From: Octopus vulgaris
Lineage: Eukaryota
NCBI GenBank assembly: GCA_951406725.2
Contig: OX597833.1
Location: forward strand, 14,446,001 to 14,510,000
Length of the DNA: 64,000 bases
Direction of reading: 5' to 3'
The notes below the pieces were generated by a model, which was not told the origin of the DNA, ran no database searches, and saw nothing but the letters and a program-made list of their open reading frames with translations. Every line of letters starts with the position of its first letter. The first letter of the stretch is position 1. This document shows positions 1 to 13,009 of this stretch, one piece after another. The position numbers were made by a program, and so were the translations under genes.

Positions 1-98
1 ATTATTGAGTAAATGTAACATATTATTTTATAGATAAATTTCCTCTATTTACATAATATTGAGGTCTCTTTCTTTCTTTTGTTATCTCACAGTTTTTA

Positions 99-144
<46 letters not shown>

Positions 145-192
145 AACTGGTATGTATACACACACATATATGTATTTTTATTTATATATAGA

Positions 193-254
<62 letters not shown>

Positions 255-857
255 CATATATGTATATATATATATATAAATAAATATATCTATATTCATA
301 TGTTTATATATGTGTCTGTGTGTGTGTATGACTCTGAGTGTTAAAACTTATCTTGTGTTTGTGTGTGTGTATATGTATGCGCGTATATGCGCGTATGTGT
401 GTTGGTCACGTTCATACGATGTTCCACAATATTGCAGTACCATGAATAGATATCAATAAAGCAGAGCCTGCCGTAAGTATCGGGTTTGCTACGACTGCAG
501 TACAATGACTAATAATATATTTAAGCAACATGTCAATGAATTGCAGGCTTAGGCACAAAGCCAAAACCATCGCTGGCTGAATAGAAGCAGATTTCATCGA
601 ATTAAGTGACTAATTGTTTGGTTGGTCATGTCTGGAATGATGAAAGGCGAAACTAACTTGGGTGTGATCAGAACAAAGAAATGTGAATGTGACAAGATAT
701 TTTGCCCGAAGGTCTACAAAATTTGCCCCGTGAAAGACAATCCCTTGCATGGAACAGCGCCGGATAACAAAAAAAGCATCGACATATTGGTCCGGAGCTC
801 GTGTACCAACAGCAACAAGAGCAGCGACGGGAAGAGAAAGAACAAGAGGAATAATAC

Positions 858-914
858 TGATGATGATGATGATGATGCTAATAATAGTAATGACAACAAT
901 AATAATAATAGTTT

Positions 915-963
<49 letters not shown>

Positions 964-1198
964 GCTACTGCTGCTGCTGCTGCTGCTACTACTACTAATA
1001 CTACTGCTGCTGCTGCTACTACTACTACTACTACTACTACAACTGCTGCTGCTGCTGCTGCTACTGCTACTACTACTACTACTACTACTACTACAACTAC
1101 TAATGATAATAATGATAAAAATATTGATAATGCTTATTTTCCTGCTGCAGAGTTCTTTCTAATCATTTTAAATAATAATAACTATAATAATAATAATG

Positions 1199-1245
<47 letters not shown>

Positions 1246-1416
1246 TATAATAATAATAATAACAATAATAATAACAACAACAACAGTAATAATAATACTA
1301 ATTATAATAATAATGATAATAAAATTAATAATCATAATGAGAAGAAGAAGAAGAAGAAGAAGAAGAAGAAGAAGAAGAAGAAGAAGAAGAAGAAGAAGAA
1401 GAAGAAGAAGAAGAAG

Positions 1417-1448
<32 letters not shown>

Positions 1449-1500
1449 GGAAGAGGAGGAAAAGAAGAAGAGGAAGAAGAAGAGGAGGAAAAGAGGAAAG
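858..1500. repeat. Compound trinucleotide microsatellite (GAT, AAT, ACT/GCT, AAT, AAG, AAC blocks)
   Basis: Consecutive triplet runs read directly; they explain the low-complexity ORFs 622..1572, 749..1162 and 1196..1537. Confidence 0.95.
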
Positions 1501-2144
1501 AAAGAAAATCAGACTCAGAAGAAGAATGGAGATTTAATGAACAATGGGGAAATTTTAAAATTATTGCATTGATCAGATGTGTTTTCTCATGTGAAGAATA
1601 TTCAATTGGCGTCCATGATTTTTCTTTATTTTTGTTTTCTTTTTTGGATATTTTGTGTTTGTTTTACTTCACGATAGGAATTATTTCGAAAAGAAAAGAA
1701 ACAAAACAAAACAATAAAAATCATGGCATTATCGAACAATGGCACTTTGCCATTCATATCGAATGATCTCAGCGACCATAATTTCCAAACGCCGCGCAAC
1801 CACGCAGCGTCGTTCAACACCTTTGTTAATAAATATACATCGTTAGAAAGAAAAGAAGTGGTTACCTAATAATGATACTAACAATAATAATAATAATAAT
1901 AATAGCAACAGCAACAGTGCAACATTCAATGAATAGTCTTGTCTTTGTCTTTGTGGTTAATGGTTGTTCATATATGCGTGCATCAAAATGTGTGTATGTG
2001 TGTGTGTGTGTGCGTGTGTGTGTGTGTGTGTGAGTGAGTGGGTGGCGTGTGCCTGTACATCTGAATTGATCTTCGAGTGTTTTTGTGTAACACAACATGC
2101 AGTTTCGTGTTCAGTGTGGGAAGAGAGTTCACACGAGTTGCATA

Positions 2145-2229
<85 letters not shown>

Positions 2230-2777
2230 GTGTATGTGTATACACATATATGTGTATTTATATACATGCATATAAACACACATACGTATATATATGTATA
2301 TATACGAACGCGCAATGTTAATTTCATCTTGTTTTTAAATCCACATATATATATATAAGTATGCATGTATGCATACATACACAGCTACACGTACTCACAC
2401 GCATGCACGCTCACACAGACAAAGTCATACACACACACACACATCAACTCATACGAACTCGGAATGTTCATTCCATATTGTTTATAAATACATATACAGG
2501 GGTGAACAAAATATTGGAAACACCTAGCAAAATAGCATCATGATTTTCAAATATCTATAAAACCGCCAAAAGCTTGTTTATTTTTATGTCTTTTTATCTA
2601 TTATTAATGTAAAGTATAGAAGCCATCTTATCATGGCTAACCACATTGGGGAGGGGTTGTTACTTTAGCTTTATAGCCCCAAGAGATCTTCGTCTCTAGC
2701 TGGCTTTAGACACAATATCAGTGTCCTTGGAGTATTTGCAAAGGGAGGCCATCCCTTCCACGCAAGCCTGAGTGATA

Positions 2778-2820
2778 CGCTCGAACTAGTTTCGGGATTG
2801 TTGTCCCTCGTCAACGGGCG
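2778..2820 (-). ncRNA. Minimal type I hammerhead ribozyme motif (U3.G8 core)
   Basis: Minus strand: CGCCCG-TTGACGA-GGGA caacaa TCCC-GAAA-CTAG-TT-CGAGCG; stem II perfect, stem III palindrome ACTAGT. Confidence 0.7.
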
Positions 2821-3014
2821 GTAACCACCAGGTAGCGATGAAAGTGAAGGCTCCTTTGCAAATAGATATAAGTTTTTCTAATGGCGTCTGCCACTGATGT
2901 CAATTATTTAATTATGCTTACTGTTCGTTTTTCGACATCAGTGGCAGACGCCATTAGAAAAACTTATATATATTTGCAAAGGAGCCTTCACTTTCATCGC
3001 TACCTGGTGGTTAC

Positions 3015-3057
3015 CGCCCGTTGACGAGGGACAACCATTCCGAAACTAGTTCGAGCG
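3015..3057 (+). ncRNA. Minimal type I hammerhead ribozyme motif (U3.G8 core)
   Basis: CGCCCG-TTGACGA-GGGA caacca TTCC-GAAA-CTAG-TT-CGAGCG. Confidence 0.7.
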
Positions 3058-3810
3058 TATCACTCAGGCTTGCGAGGAAGGGATGGCCTCCCTTTGCAAA
3101 TACTCCAAAGACACAGATATTGTGTTTAGAGCCAGCTAGAGACGAAGATCTCTTGGGGCTATAAAGCTACAGTAACAACCCCCTCTCCAATGTGGTTAGC
3201 CATGATAAGATGGCTTCTATACTTTACATTATCGAGCGATTACTGTTTCAATCTCATTCTGAGATTTAATTATGCTATTTATTATTAGTGTTGCTTAAAA
3301 TGTTTAGCTAAAATTGCTGTTTCTTTTCAGATATCATCAGAAAAAGGTAATTAAAATTCATTAAAATGACAAATCTATCAGACTTTCAAACGGCTCAAAT
3401 TGTTGGTGGTCATATGGTAGTCACCAGCGTACATAGTGAATGGTGCATAGTTGCAAAACACACATACATACACAGACAGACATGCACACACAAGGAGACA
3501 GAGTTGCATACATATACAAACACACGCTAACACACACATACATAGAAAATACAAAAACACAGACATGTAAGCACATGAATATGCAGGATACATACATACA
3601 GATGTACACACATACATACATATATACATATGCACACACACACATATATATACATACATACACATGCATGCATACATACATACATACATACATACACACA
3701 TACATACGTACATGCATGCATGCATTCATAGGCACACACAGATACACGCACACACCGACCTACACATGCGCACAAACAAACACAAAGGAACGCAGTGTAA
3801 ATAACAGATA

Positions 3811-3935
3811 GAGTCAAGACTATTGAAAAGTTTGCAATGAAAATTTTAGGAAAATGAAAATAAAAAGAAACCATTGGAAATTTCACCGGTGAGTGTGTTA
3901 CATTATAAGGCACAAAAAGAAAATGACTCTCCCCA
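3811..3935 (+). mobile_element. Short copy of the HHR element family at 63352-63681 (HHR stem II deleted)
   Basis: GAGTCAAGACTATTGAAAAG...GACTCTCCCCA matches 63483-63611; followed by (TA)n. Confidence 0.8.
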
Positions 3936-3957
3936 AATATATATATATATATATATA

Positions 3958-4171
3958 TTCAAAATGTGACCGCGCGTGTACCGTTGGCGATTTTTTTTCC
4001 TCCGTCTTTCCTTCTTTGGATCTTTCCTTTTTCTATGTTTCTGACGAAAAGCTCCGCTCGAAACGTTAAACCCTCCTTCTTTCCATCGTTCCTGAGCATC
4101 CAATAATACTATATTTGTTCCACGTCCTCGCGTTGTTGTTTTCTCTTTGTGTTTTCATGTTTGGATTAACT
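3958..4171 (+). mobile_element. ~210-bp HHR-bearing PLE-derived element, family D copy 1 (HHR 4037-4071)
   Basis: GTTT-CTGACGA-A-(A)AGC tcc GCTC-GAAA-CG-TT-AAAC; homologous to 42529-42737, 46347-46565 and 58011-58186; flanked by (TA)n/(CA)n. Confidence 0.8.
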
Positions 4172-4445
4172 ATACACACACACACACACACATTTATATA
4201 TATATATATATTAAACTGTTCAGTGATGGTAAGATCAAGAACAAAAATGTATTTCATCTGGTAAATGATAAATATTATTTAATAAACACACTATATATTT
4301 AAAAGTTACTAGTAGTCCCCTGCGATGAAAAAAACATTACATTCCTCATGGTATATATATATATATATATATTTATGAATTTTCCATATCAAATCGTGTG
4401 TTACTTTTCTACCTTCTACACACACACCCAGACACGCACACACAT

Positions 4446-4510
<65 letters not shown>

Positions 4511-5482
4511 GACACGCACACACACGCACACACATATATAAATCACCGACATGTTATCTCTAAAAGAAAGCAAAGTGAGCTTCCACAACTGATATTACGA
4601 AAGTTTAAAGTAATTTAATTTATTTGAATTCTCTTTTCCCTATTAATTTAGAACGAATAGGTCGGAATTAGAGCGACGAAAACCGATAGCTGCTTAGCTA
4701 ATGGTATATATATATTTTCCTTCTGTTTCCCGTTATAAAGTTCTCTAATTGTGTGTGTATGTGTGTGTTAAAACTTGCATAGTCAGATTATCAGACATTT
4801 ATTGTTTAACGGGGAAATTGTTTAAATGTGTGAAGTATCTCATAATATTTCTTCTTGTTTCAAAAGTTTGCAACAAATTTTGCACATAATAAAGTATTTT
4901 CTCCAGGAAATATGGCGTCATATCTTTTCGTTGTTGCTTAGATATGAAGCAAACGCCGTCACTTCATGTTAATAATACCGACGCATACTTAGACGTTACA
5001 TACGCACAGCTACTATACAATAACTAACAAAATAAACGGATTACCGAATGACTAATTGAGGGAGGGGTGGATGGATGTAAAAGAAAACGAGACACAGTAC
5101 GCCATTGGTAGCTATAAAATACAATAATATTTGATAAAGTTATCTTCGGTGTAATTTTGGTGTCTTCAAAGCTGAAAGTGTGAAGATTCGTTAGAAAAAT
5201 AATTCAGGTGGGGAAAGAAGATGATTTTTCCTATCAAAAGCACACGCAAGGATGGACGAACGGATGACTTCATATTCGGATACACACACATATATATATA
5301 GACTTCTATGTGTGTATGTATGTATGTATGTATGTATGTATGTATGTATGTATGTATGTATGTATGTATGTGTGTATGTATGTATGTGTGTATGTGTGTA
5401 TGTATGTGTGTGTGTGTGTATGTATGTGTGTGTATGTATGTATGTATGTGTGTGTGTGTATGTATGTATGTTTGCATGTGTT

Positions 5483-5513
<31 letters not shown>

Positions 5514-5531
5514 CTATCTATCTATCTGTCA

Positions 5532-5568
<37 letters not shown>

Positions 5569-5792
5569 TCTTATAATTAAGGGCTAAAGAAGGTTATTCT
5601 AAAACCAATACACTGATTTATCCACTTATAATCCACTTGTTACAGGAAAATTGAACTGAAAGCGGGCAACTAACCTTTAGAAAATTTAAATTTCGTTATC
5701 TCTATATTGAATCAATTTCGGAATTAATCCCTATAAAGGATATATTCTTCTTCAGTAGAGCATACGAGGGAACATAAATAAAATACTCACAT

Positions 5793-6191
5793 GGCGTAGG
5801 AGTGGCTGTGTGGTAAGTAGCTTGCTAACCAACCACACGGTTGCGGGTTCAGTCCCACTGCGTGGCATCTTGGGCAAGTGTCTTCTACTATAGCCCCGGG
5901 CCGACCAATGCCTTGTGAGTGGATTTGGTAGACGGAAACTGAAAGAAGCCTGTCGTATATATGTATATATATATATGTATGTATGTATGTGTGTGTCTGC
6001 TGTGTTTGTCCCCCTAGCATTGCTTGACAACCGATGCTGGTGTGTTTACGTCCCCGTAACTTAGCGGTTCGGCAAAAGAGACCGATAGATTAAGTACTGG
6101 GCTTACAAAGAATAAGTCCCGGGGTCGAGTTGCTCGACTAAAGGCGGTGCTCCAGCATGGCCGCAGTCAAAATGACTGAAACAAGTAAAAA
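5793..6191 (+). mobile_element. tRNA-derived SINE family A (octopus OR/OK-type), full length
   Basis: A-box-like TGGCTGTGTGG, B-box-like GGGTTCAGTCCC, CORE-like TTGGGCAAGTG, internal microsatellite, tail GGCGGTGCTCCAGCATGGCCGCAGTCAAA(A)TGACTGAAAC; over 20 full or partial copies in the window. Confidence 0.9.
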
Positions 6192-6359
6192 GAAAGAAAT
6201 GGAAAAAGCAGAAGATAAAAGCACAACTACATTTAAGTACATCATTTATATCTAAAAATAAAAATTCCTTGGTCAGTCTCAGAACAACGTGATGACCTAT
6301 CGCCGCTACATATTGTAATGGTTACCGGTCCCCTTGTAACAAGCAGTGAGTTTACTACT

Positions 6360-6458
<99 letters not shown>

Positions 6459-6479
6459 TCACATACACATATACATATA

Positions 6480-6805
6480 TTCTTTTATTTGTTTCACTCA
6501 TTTGATTGCGGCCATGCTGGAGCACCGCATTTAGTCGACCAAATCGACCACAGGACTTATTCTTTCTAAGCTTGGTACATAGTCTATCGGTCACTATTAC
6601 CGAACCGCTAAGTTACGGGCATGGGAACACACCAGCATCGATTGTCAAGCGATGTTGGAGGTACAAACAGAGACACACAAGCACACACACACACATTCAT
6701 ATATACTCTTTTACATGATTCAGTCATTTGACTGTGGCCATGCTGGAGCACCGCCTTTAGTCGAGCAAATCGACCCCAGGACTTATTCTTTGTAAGTCTA
6801 GTACT
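6480..6805 (-). mobile_element. Two partial SINE A copies (3' halves)
   Basis: Reverse-complement tails GGCCATGCTGGAGCACCG at about 6510 and 6736. Confidence 0.8.
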
Positions 6806-7033
6806 GAGTATGTGTGTGTATGTGCTTGTATGTGCCTGATTGTCTTTGCATATTATCTCTGTTGCAGTATATAAATCATTTGTATTAAGGTTTAAATATT
6901 TTATTATAAAGTAGTTCTTACAAAATGTAGCTGAAGTTAAACTCATTGTAGGAACGAACTATTGTCAGCCCTTTTATCCCACAAAACTATTTTAAACTGA
7001 AAATTATCTTATTCGTTCTCTACAATTCTGCAT

Positions 7034-7112
<79 letters not shown>

Positions 7113-7169
7113 AAAAAATGAAGTTCGAAAATGCTGCTATATTATACAATTTTTAATTTTTATATATAC

Positions 7170-7213
7170 ATTATAACATGTTTCAGTTCCTGAAATGAAC
7201 CTTATCAAAAAAA
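7170..7213 (-). ncRNA. Hammerhead-like motif, U3:A8 core, in a ~280-bp insert between (TA)n tracts (7109-7390)
   Basis: Minus strand: TTGATAA-GGTTC atttcag GAACT-GAAA-CATG-TT; stem III palindrome ACATGT; stem I weak. Confidence 0.5.
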
Positions 7214-7415
7214 GTTATATATAAAAAAAGACAGCTCATGCCGTCAAACACAAGAAATTCATTTATAATACACAACGGAGTCAGACATCTTAGAGTTCAT
7301 GTATAGTTGATATATAGTTTGAAGAAAGTTCATTCATGCTATATGTTCAAAGTATTCGATGCAGTGGCCCACGGTGGCGATACGTATTCGTATATATATA
7401 TACGTATATATATAC

Positions 7416-7477
<62 letters not shown>

Positions 7478-8242
7478 CAATTTATTCTAATTTAATATTT
7501 CTTAAAGGAGGCCATTATTTTTGACGGTTGGGAATTAGAAGTGAAACGTAAAAGAGTAGAAAAATGTTCAAGAATATGCAAAATATAAGTGATACGTTTG
7601 CAGAATTCCTCTGAAATACGTGTAAAACTACCAGCGGGATATTTGTGCGGATATTTGTACATAAAAAAATCAATATATGATCTAAAATGCAACCACATAT
7701 TTATGTATGCTTATATGGGAATATGCCAGCTGGTTTGAACATAAGCATGATATCGGTATATATATGTATATTGGGCACGGATCGATTAGATGTGCGTGTG
7801 TGTGTGTGTAGATGTGGGTGCATATGCATATACATAAACGTGTATGTGTATGCGTGTGCATGCATAGTAGAGCGAATACATATGAAGGTAAGTGGTATGT
7901 GCGTGGGTGTATGAATAATTATATATGGATTCACAAATATATGCTACTGCACGTAGGTATGCGTAGTTACATGTTTATTATATATATATATATATAAACA
8001 GATGTGAAAATATATACGGTTTTATATACTCTTTTATATACTCTTCTTCATTTTAAACATTTATTTACGTTTCAATTCCGGTTGATGTTATGGAGATTTA
8101 TTATAAAAACGTATATGTCCATTATTGAAAGATAAGCAAAATGTTTATTTAAGGAAATCTTTTTGACTATTAAATACGATCCACCTATCCATCCATCTCT
8201 CCGCCTGTCCGTTTGTCCTTGAAGGGTTGCAGTAACTTAACG

Positions 8243-8760
8243 TAGCGGTATTTCGTCTGTTTTTACGTTCAGAGTTCAAATTCCGCCGAGGTCGACTTTG
8301 CCTTTCATCCTTTCGGAGTCGATTAAATAAGTACCAGTTGCGCACTGGGGTCGATGTAATTGACTTAATACCTACGTCTGTCCTTGTTTGTCCCCTCTGT
8401 GTTTAGCCCCTTGTGGGTAGTGAAGAAATAGGTATTTCGTCTGCCGTTACGTTCTAAGTTCAAATTCTGCCGAGGTTGAATTTGCCTTTCATCCTTTCGG
8501 AGTCGATTAAAGTACCAGTTACGCACTGGAGTCGATATAATTGACTTAATCTGTTTGTCTGTCCTTGTTTGTCCTCCCTGTGTTTAGACCCTTGTGGGTA
8601 GTAAAGAAATAGGTATTTCGTCTGTCTTTACGTTCTGAGTTCAAATCCCGCCGAGGTCAACCTTACCATTCATCCCTTCCGGATCGATAAATTAAATAAC
8701 AGTTGCGCACCGGGTTAGATCTAATCGACTGGACCCCTCTCCAAAAAATCGACTGTGCTT
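8243..8760 (+). mobile_element. SINE family B (tRNA-like head plus Nin/Deu-like domain), three head-to-tail units
   Basis: B box GAGTTCAAATTCC and GCCTTTCATCCTTTCGG(A/G)GTCGAT domain; units joined at GAAATAGGTATTTCG (about 8425, 8607). Confidence 0.85.
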
Positions 8761-8989
8761 ACAGTCGATAAGAATATTTTACTTTAAGCCATTGGTAACT
8801 TTTATATCACTTATCCAATATTCCAGAATGGAATTGATATACTTGTTTGTTTTTGTATCAGATATTTTTCCACATAACCATTTTCCTTAACTATTCTGAG
8901 AAATCTTTACGTGCAAATCAATACAAGATATGTGCTCACATCATTATATCAAAATACCTTCTGCATATATTCAATTCTCCACCATACAT

Positions 8990-9055
<66 letters not shown>

Positions 9056-9251
9056 TTTATTTTGTGCTGTTAAATGTATTAATTCTTCCCGTTTTCTTGG
9101 CATACGGTGTTTCTCTTTTATCTTGGTGCTGTACGGTACATTAACTTAAGACTTTAGCTCTTATTTCTAGCAGGTGTATGCTTTTTAAGCAGCATTACGC
9201 TTCGTGCAAATTGATAATTCTTTTGTATGAATATCTGTTTATATTATATAA

Positions 9252-9607
9252 TTTACGGAGATGTACTTGCATAGCAAGTGACCTGATCTGAGATTGTGTA
9301 CTGGAACGAAAACAATTGCAGCCTGGAAGGTGTTTATAAGCCATTTAATAAACTCACAAAAACCGTTAGATTGACTTGAGCATTTAAATTTAATTTGCCA
9401 AAATATTTTCGCCGCTTTGAAACCGCGACCTGTTCACTTACATAATTCCATCCGCTCTGCATTGCACGGAATTTTGCCAGTGAATAGATCACGGTCTCAA
9501 AGTGACGAAAATATTTTGGCAAATTAAATTTAAATGTTGAAGTGAATCTAACAGCTTTTGTGTGTTTCTTAAATGGCTTATAAACACCTTCCACGCTGCA
9601 ATTGTTT
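9252..9607. mobile_element. PLE-like fold-back insertion with G3:C8-type HHR
   Basis: Inverted arms about 9311-9439 / 9479-9607 plus a ~59-nt tail 9252-9310. HHR on - at 9394-9439 (GTGAACA-G-GTCGC..GCGGC-GAAA-ATAT-TT-TGGCAAA) and on + at 9473-9523. Second copy at 54838-55066. Confidence 0.75.
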
Positions 9608-9777
9608 ATATAATTTAATTACTTTAATATAATTAATATTATTGCATTGCACCCCCACAAAAAATTACATTCAATATTTTTCTAAACTAATCAACTATGA
9701 TAACTAGACTTCTAATTAAATATTATTATATTATTAATATATCTCCTATACTAGGCTTTACCTCATATATATATATA

Positions 9778-10145
9778 TCTCTATATATAAACGGCAGTTT
9801 GTCTGTGTGTGTTTCTGTGTGTCTGTCAGGTTGTACCCTCACCCTGACCACGGCTTTCAACCGATTCTGATGAAACTTGACACACACATAGCCCAATGTC
9901 ATAATTCAAAACTAACGCAGCGAAAATTTTGAAAAGTTCCCCCAGTTCTGAAAAAATCGATAAATTCGACATGGGGTCGAGAATCAGAAACACAAACCAC
10001 AGACTGTCTAGGGGACGCAACTCGACCTTTTTAACTAAAAAAAAAATTTACCATCATTTTTTTTCCATTTTTTGGCTATAACTCTCTAAAAATGCTTTAT
10101 AGTTATTTCCCTTACAAACCCGAGCAACGCCGGGCGATACTGCTA

Positions 10146-10146
<1 letters not shown>
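9778..10146 (+). mobile_element. Non-autonomous Helitron, family H1
   Basis: 5' TC, 3' hairpin CCCGAGCAACGCCGGG about 8 nt before CTAG, A^T flanks; near-identical to 47782-48167. Confidence 0.85.
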
Positions 10147-10231
<85 letters not shown>

Positions 10232-10384
10232 ACGTATGTATGTGTGTGTATGTATGTGTGGTGTATGTGGGTGTGTATATGTATGGCCATACTTTGTAAA
10301 ACACATATATATATATATTCCATGATTGTTCACAGAACTATATTAATTTAATTAATATCTTTATTAATTACTAAATATTGTTTT

Positions 10385-11070
10385 CTACTCTCGGCACAAG
10401 GCCCGAAATTTTTGGCAAGGGGGCCAGTCGTATAGATCTGCCACAGTACGCAACTGGTTCTTAATGTATCGATCCCAAAAGGATAAAAGGCAAAGTCGAC
10501 CTCGGCGAAACTTGAACTAAGCATTTCGCCTGTCCTGCCAATGTTTGTTATTTCTTTATTGCCCACAAGGGGCTAAACATTGAGGGGACGAACAGGGACA
10601 GACAAAGGGATTAAGTCAATTATATCGACCCCAGTGCGTAACTAGTACTTAATTTATCGACCCCGAATGGATGAAAGGCAAAATCGACCGCTGCGGAATT
10701 TGAACTCAGAACGAACGGCAAACGAAATACCTATTTCTTTACTACCCACAAGGGGCTAAACACAGAGGTGACAAACAAGACAGAGAGACGGATTAAGTCG
10801 ATTATGTAGACCCCAGTGCGTAACTGGTACTAAATACCTATTTCTTTACTACCCACAAGGGGCTAAACACAGAGGTGACAAACAAGACAAAGAGACAGAT
10901 TAAGTCGATTATATCGACCCCAGTGCGTAACTGGTACTAAATGTACCGACCCCGAATGGATGAAAGGCAAAGTCGACCTCGGCGGAATTTGAACTCAGAA
11001 CATAACGGCAGACGAAATAGCGCTAAGTATTTCACACGGCGTGCTAACATTTCTGTCAGCTCGTCGCCTA
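10385..11070 (-). mobile_element. Cluster and tandem of SINE B units
   Basis: Repeated GGATGAAAGGCAAA..CGACC..GCGGAATTTGAACTC; junction AAATACCTATTTC at about 10726 and 10833. Confidence 0.85.
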
Positions 11071-11263
11071 ATTAATGTGCTAAATATTGAATGATATGTC
11101 ATTTTTCATAATACTATTAAATTCAACACAAGTGTCTCTGTCAATATCGACATTTATAGTGATTTATGAGCCTTGAGACTTTAACACACGAACAATCTTT
11201 GTGTATCATATTGTCTGTATTCTGATGTATATAGATGTGAAGGGAGGCGTACATATGTCTATA

Positions 11264-11398
<135 letters not shown>

Positions 11399-11576
11399 GT
11401 ATATGGCTGATACCTAGCGGATCTATTTTTAGTGCTAGAGTCGACCACATAGTGGTTACTCTCTTATATTTACGTATAAAATTTAATGTATTCCTGGTTT
11501 TTAAGCACTAAGCCACTTGGTGTTAAATGGATGGTAGTATTAAATTAGTATCCAACTTTCTCACCCTTATTAGTTG

Positions 11577-11662
<86 letters not shown>

Positions 11663-11844
11663 TAGTTGAATACATGTCATTACTTGCATGTAATGAGCCT
11701 ATATAAATGTATATATGCATATGTGTATATGTATATGTGGGCATAAACTAGTATGTGTGTGATATTGATAAACATGTATAGTCATATATTGATTTGTAAG
11801 TGCGTGTATTTGAGTATACACATGTATATGTATAGTTTTGTGTG

Positions 11845-11887
<43 letters not shown>

Positions 11888-12539
11888 CTCTGTGTACAAT
11901 AATACTCTGCACAGAATATTATGAATTCAAAAAGATTTACATTATAAAAGTAGTGAAGCTAAAACTGACCTGTCCACCATGGTAGCGTAAAAGAAGGCCA
12001 TGTACGTGTATACTGAACTTTTTTGATAATTCCTTCTGGAAATTATCTTGAGAATGTATAATATATTTGTTGTAATCTTTTGTGCCCATTATTTCAATGA
12101 GCTTGTAAAACTTTTTTATATTCTGAACATGCTCTTGTCACCAAAGAATGTACATTTATATGGATTGTAGTACTCTGTGTCAACCAATATTCTGAGCATG
12201 TTTGAATATACAGATACAGTACCAATACCAATATCAATTCCTTCTGGAAACTATCTTAAGCATGTCCTTGAGAACGATTATTTATGTAGTAATCTTTTGT
12301 GCCCAATATTTTAAGGAACTTGTTTAACTTCCCCATAGCTTCATGAAGGAGGGGGAAGGGGGGAGAAAGACAGGTGCAGGTGCGAGCACGGACGCCAACA
12401 TCGCCACCACCATGACCACCATCACCACCACCACCACCACCACCACCACCGCCACCGCCGCTGCCACTACCACCTCCGCCATCACTATTTCCACCGCAAC
12501 CGCCACCACCACCACCACCACCACCACCATACTATACCG

Positions 12540-12850
12540 CTGCTCTCTCCTTTTGGCTACTAAATCTATTACCATATTTCATAAGTACCATCGCCATACA
12601 ATATTTCCTTCAAAAGTTTGTGTTCGGATAATATCTTTTATGCATTAGTTGTGCAACAACTAAAGCATTCGGTTGTGCAAATTCTTTGCACGGTAAACCT
12701 TCCCTGTGTGGCGTGTTTCCCGATTTTGTAGAATTTGCTTCGGCTTTCTTAGCCATTTCTGTTTTGGCGGCTTCAAAGCCATGAATTCGTCGTCGAAAAG
12801 AACGCTGGTCTCCTTGACAACGCTTACGATGTTGATTTCCCTACCCTGCC
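12540..12850 (-). mobile_element. Possible decayed RTE-type LINE 3' fragment
   Basis: Minus-strand translation SVVKETSVLFDDE..ALK..KQK..RK followed by a Cys-containing stretch loosely resembles RTE ORF C-termini; weak. Confidence 0.25.
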
Positions 12851-13009
12851 TTCCCCACAGCTTCATGAAGGAGGGAAGGAGGGGAGGAGCGACACAGGTG
12901 CAGGTGCGAGCATGGACGCCAACTCTGTAGCATATAAGACCATAGCGGATCTTCTTCTAGCAAAAACGATGACCACTATCAATGGTTCATCCCTGTTATA
13001 TAATACTTT

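Larger units (their letters stand above)
2607..3275 (+). mobile_element. PLE-like fold-back insertion (inverted pseudo-LTR plus tail) with HHR
   Basis: Inverted arms of about 297 bp (2605-2901 / 2934-3231) and a 44-nt unpaired tail to 3275. Flanking 12-bp direct repeat TATCTATTATTA (2595-2606) / TATTTATTATTA (3276-3287). The terminal ~75 bp recur reversed at 33531-33605. Confidence 0.8.
2497..3380. mobile_element. Tc1/mariner-like DNA transposon end fragment, interrupted by the 2607-3275 insert
   Basis: TA followed by CAGGGGTGAACAAAATATTGGAAACACC resembles a Tc1-type TIR. No matching right TIR seen; right boundary approximate. Confidence 0.45.

Noticed and set aside
622-1572. 316-aa ORF and overlapping ORFs
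   Set aside because: Open only because of triplet microsatellites (poly-T/A/N/K); no domain or splice evidence.
6160-6190. SINE A tail CAGTC-aaat-GACTG-AAAC-AAGTA resembling the 3' half of a hammerhead
   Set aside because: No NUGANNA core or stem I upstream; better explained as the LINE-derived recognition stem-loop.
8243-8760. Regularly spaced repeats as a CRISPR-like array
   Set aside because: Units are ~190-bp SINE bodies without unique spacers; eukaryotic context and no cas genes.
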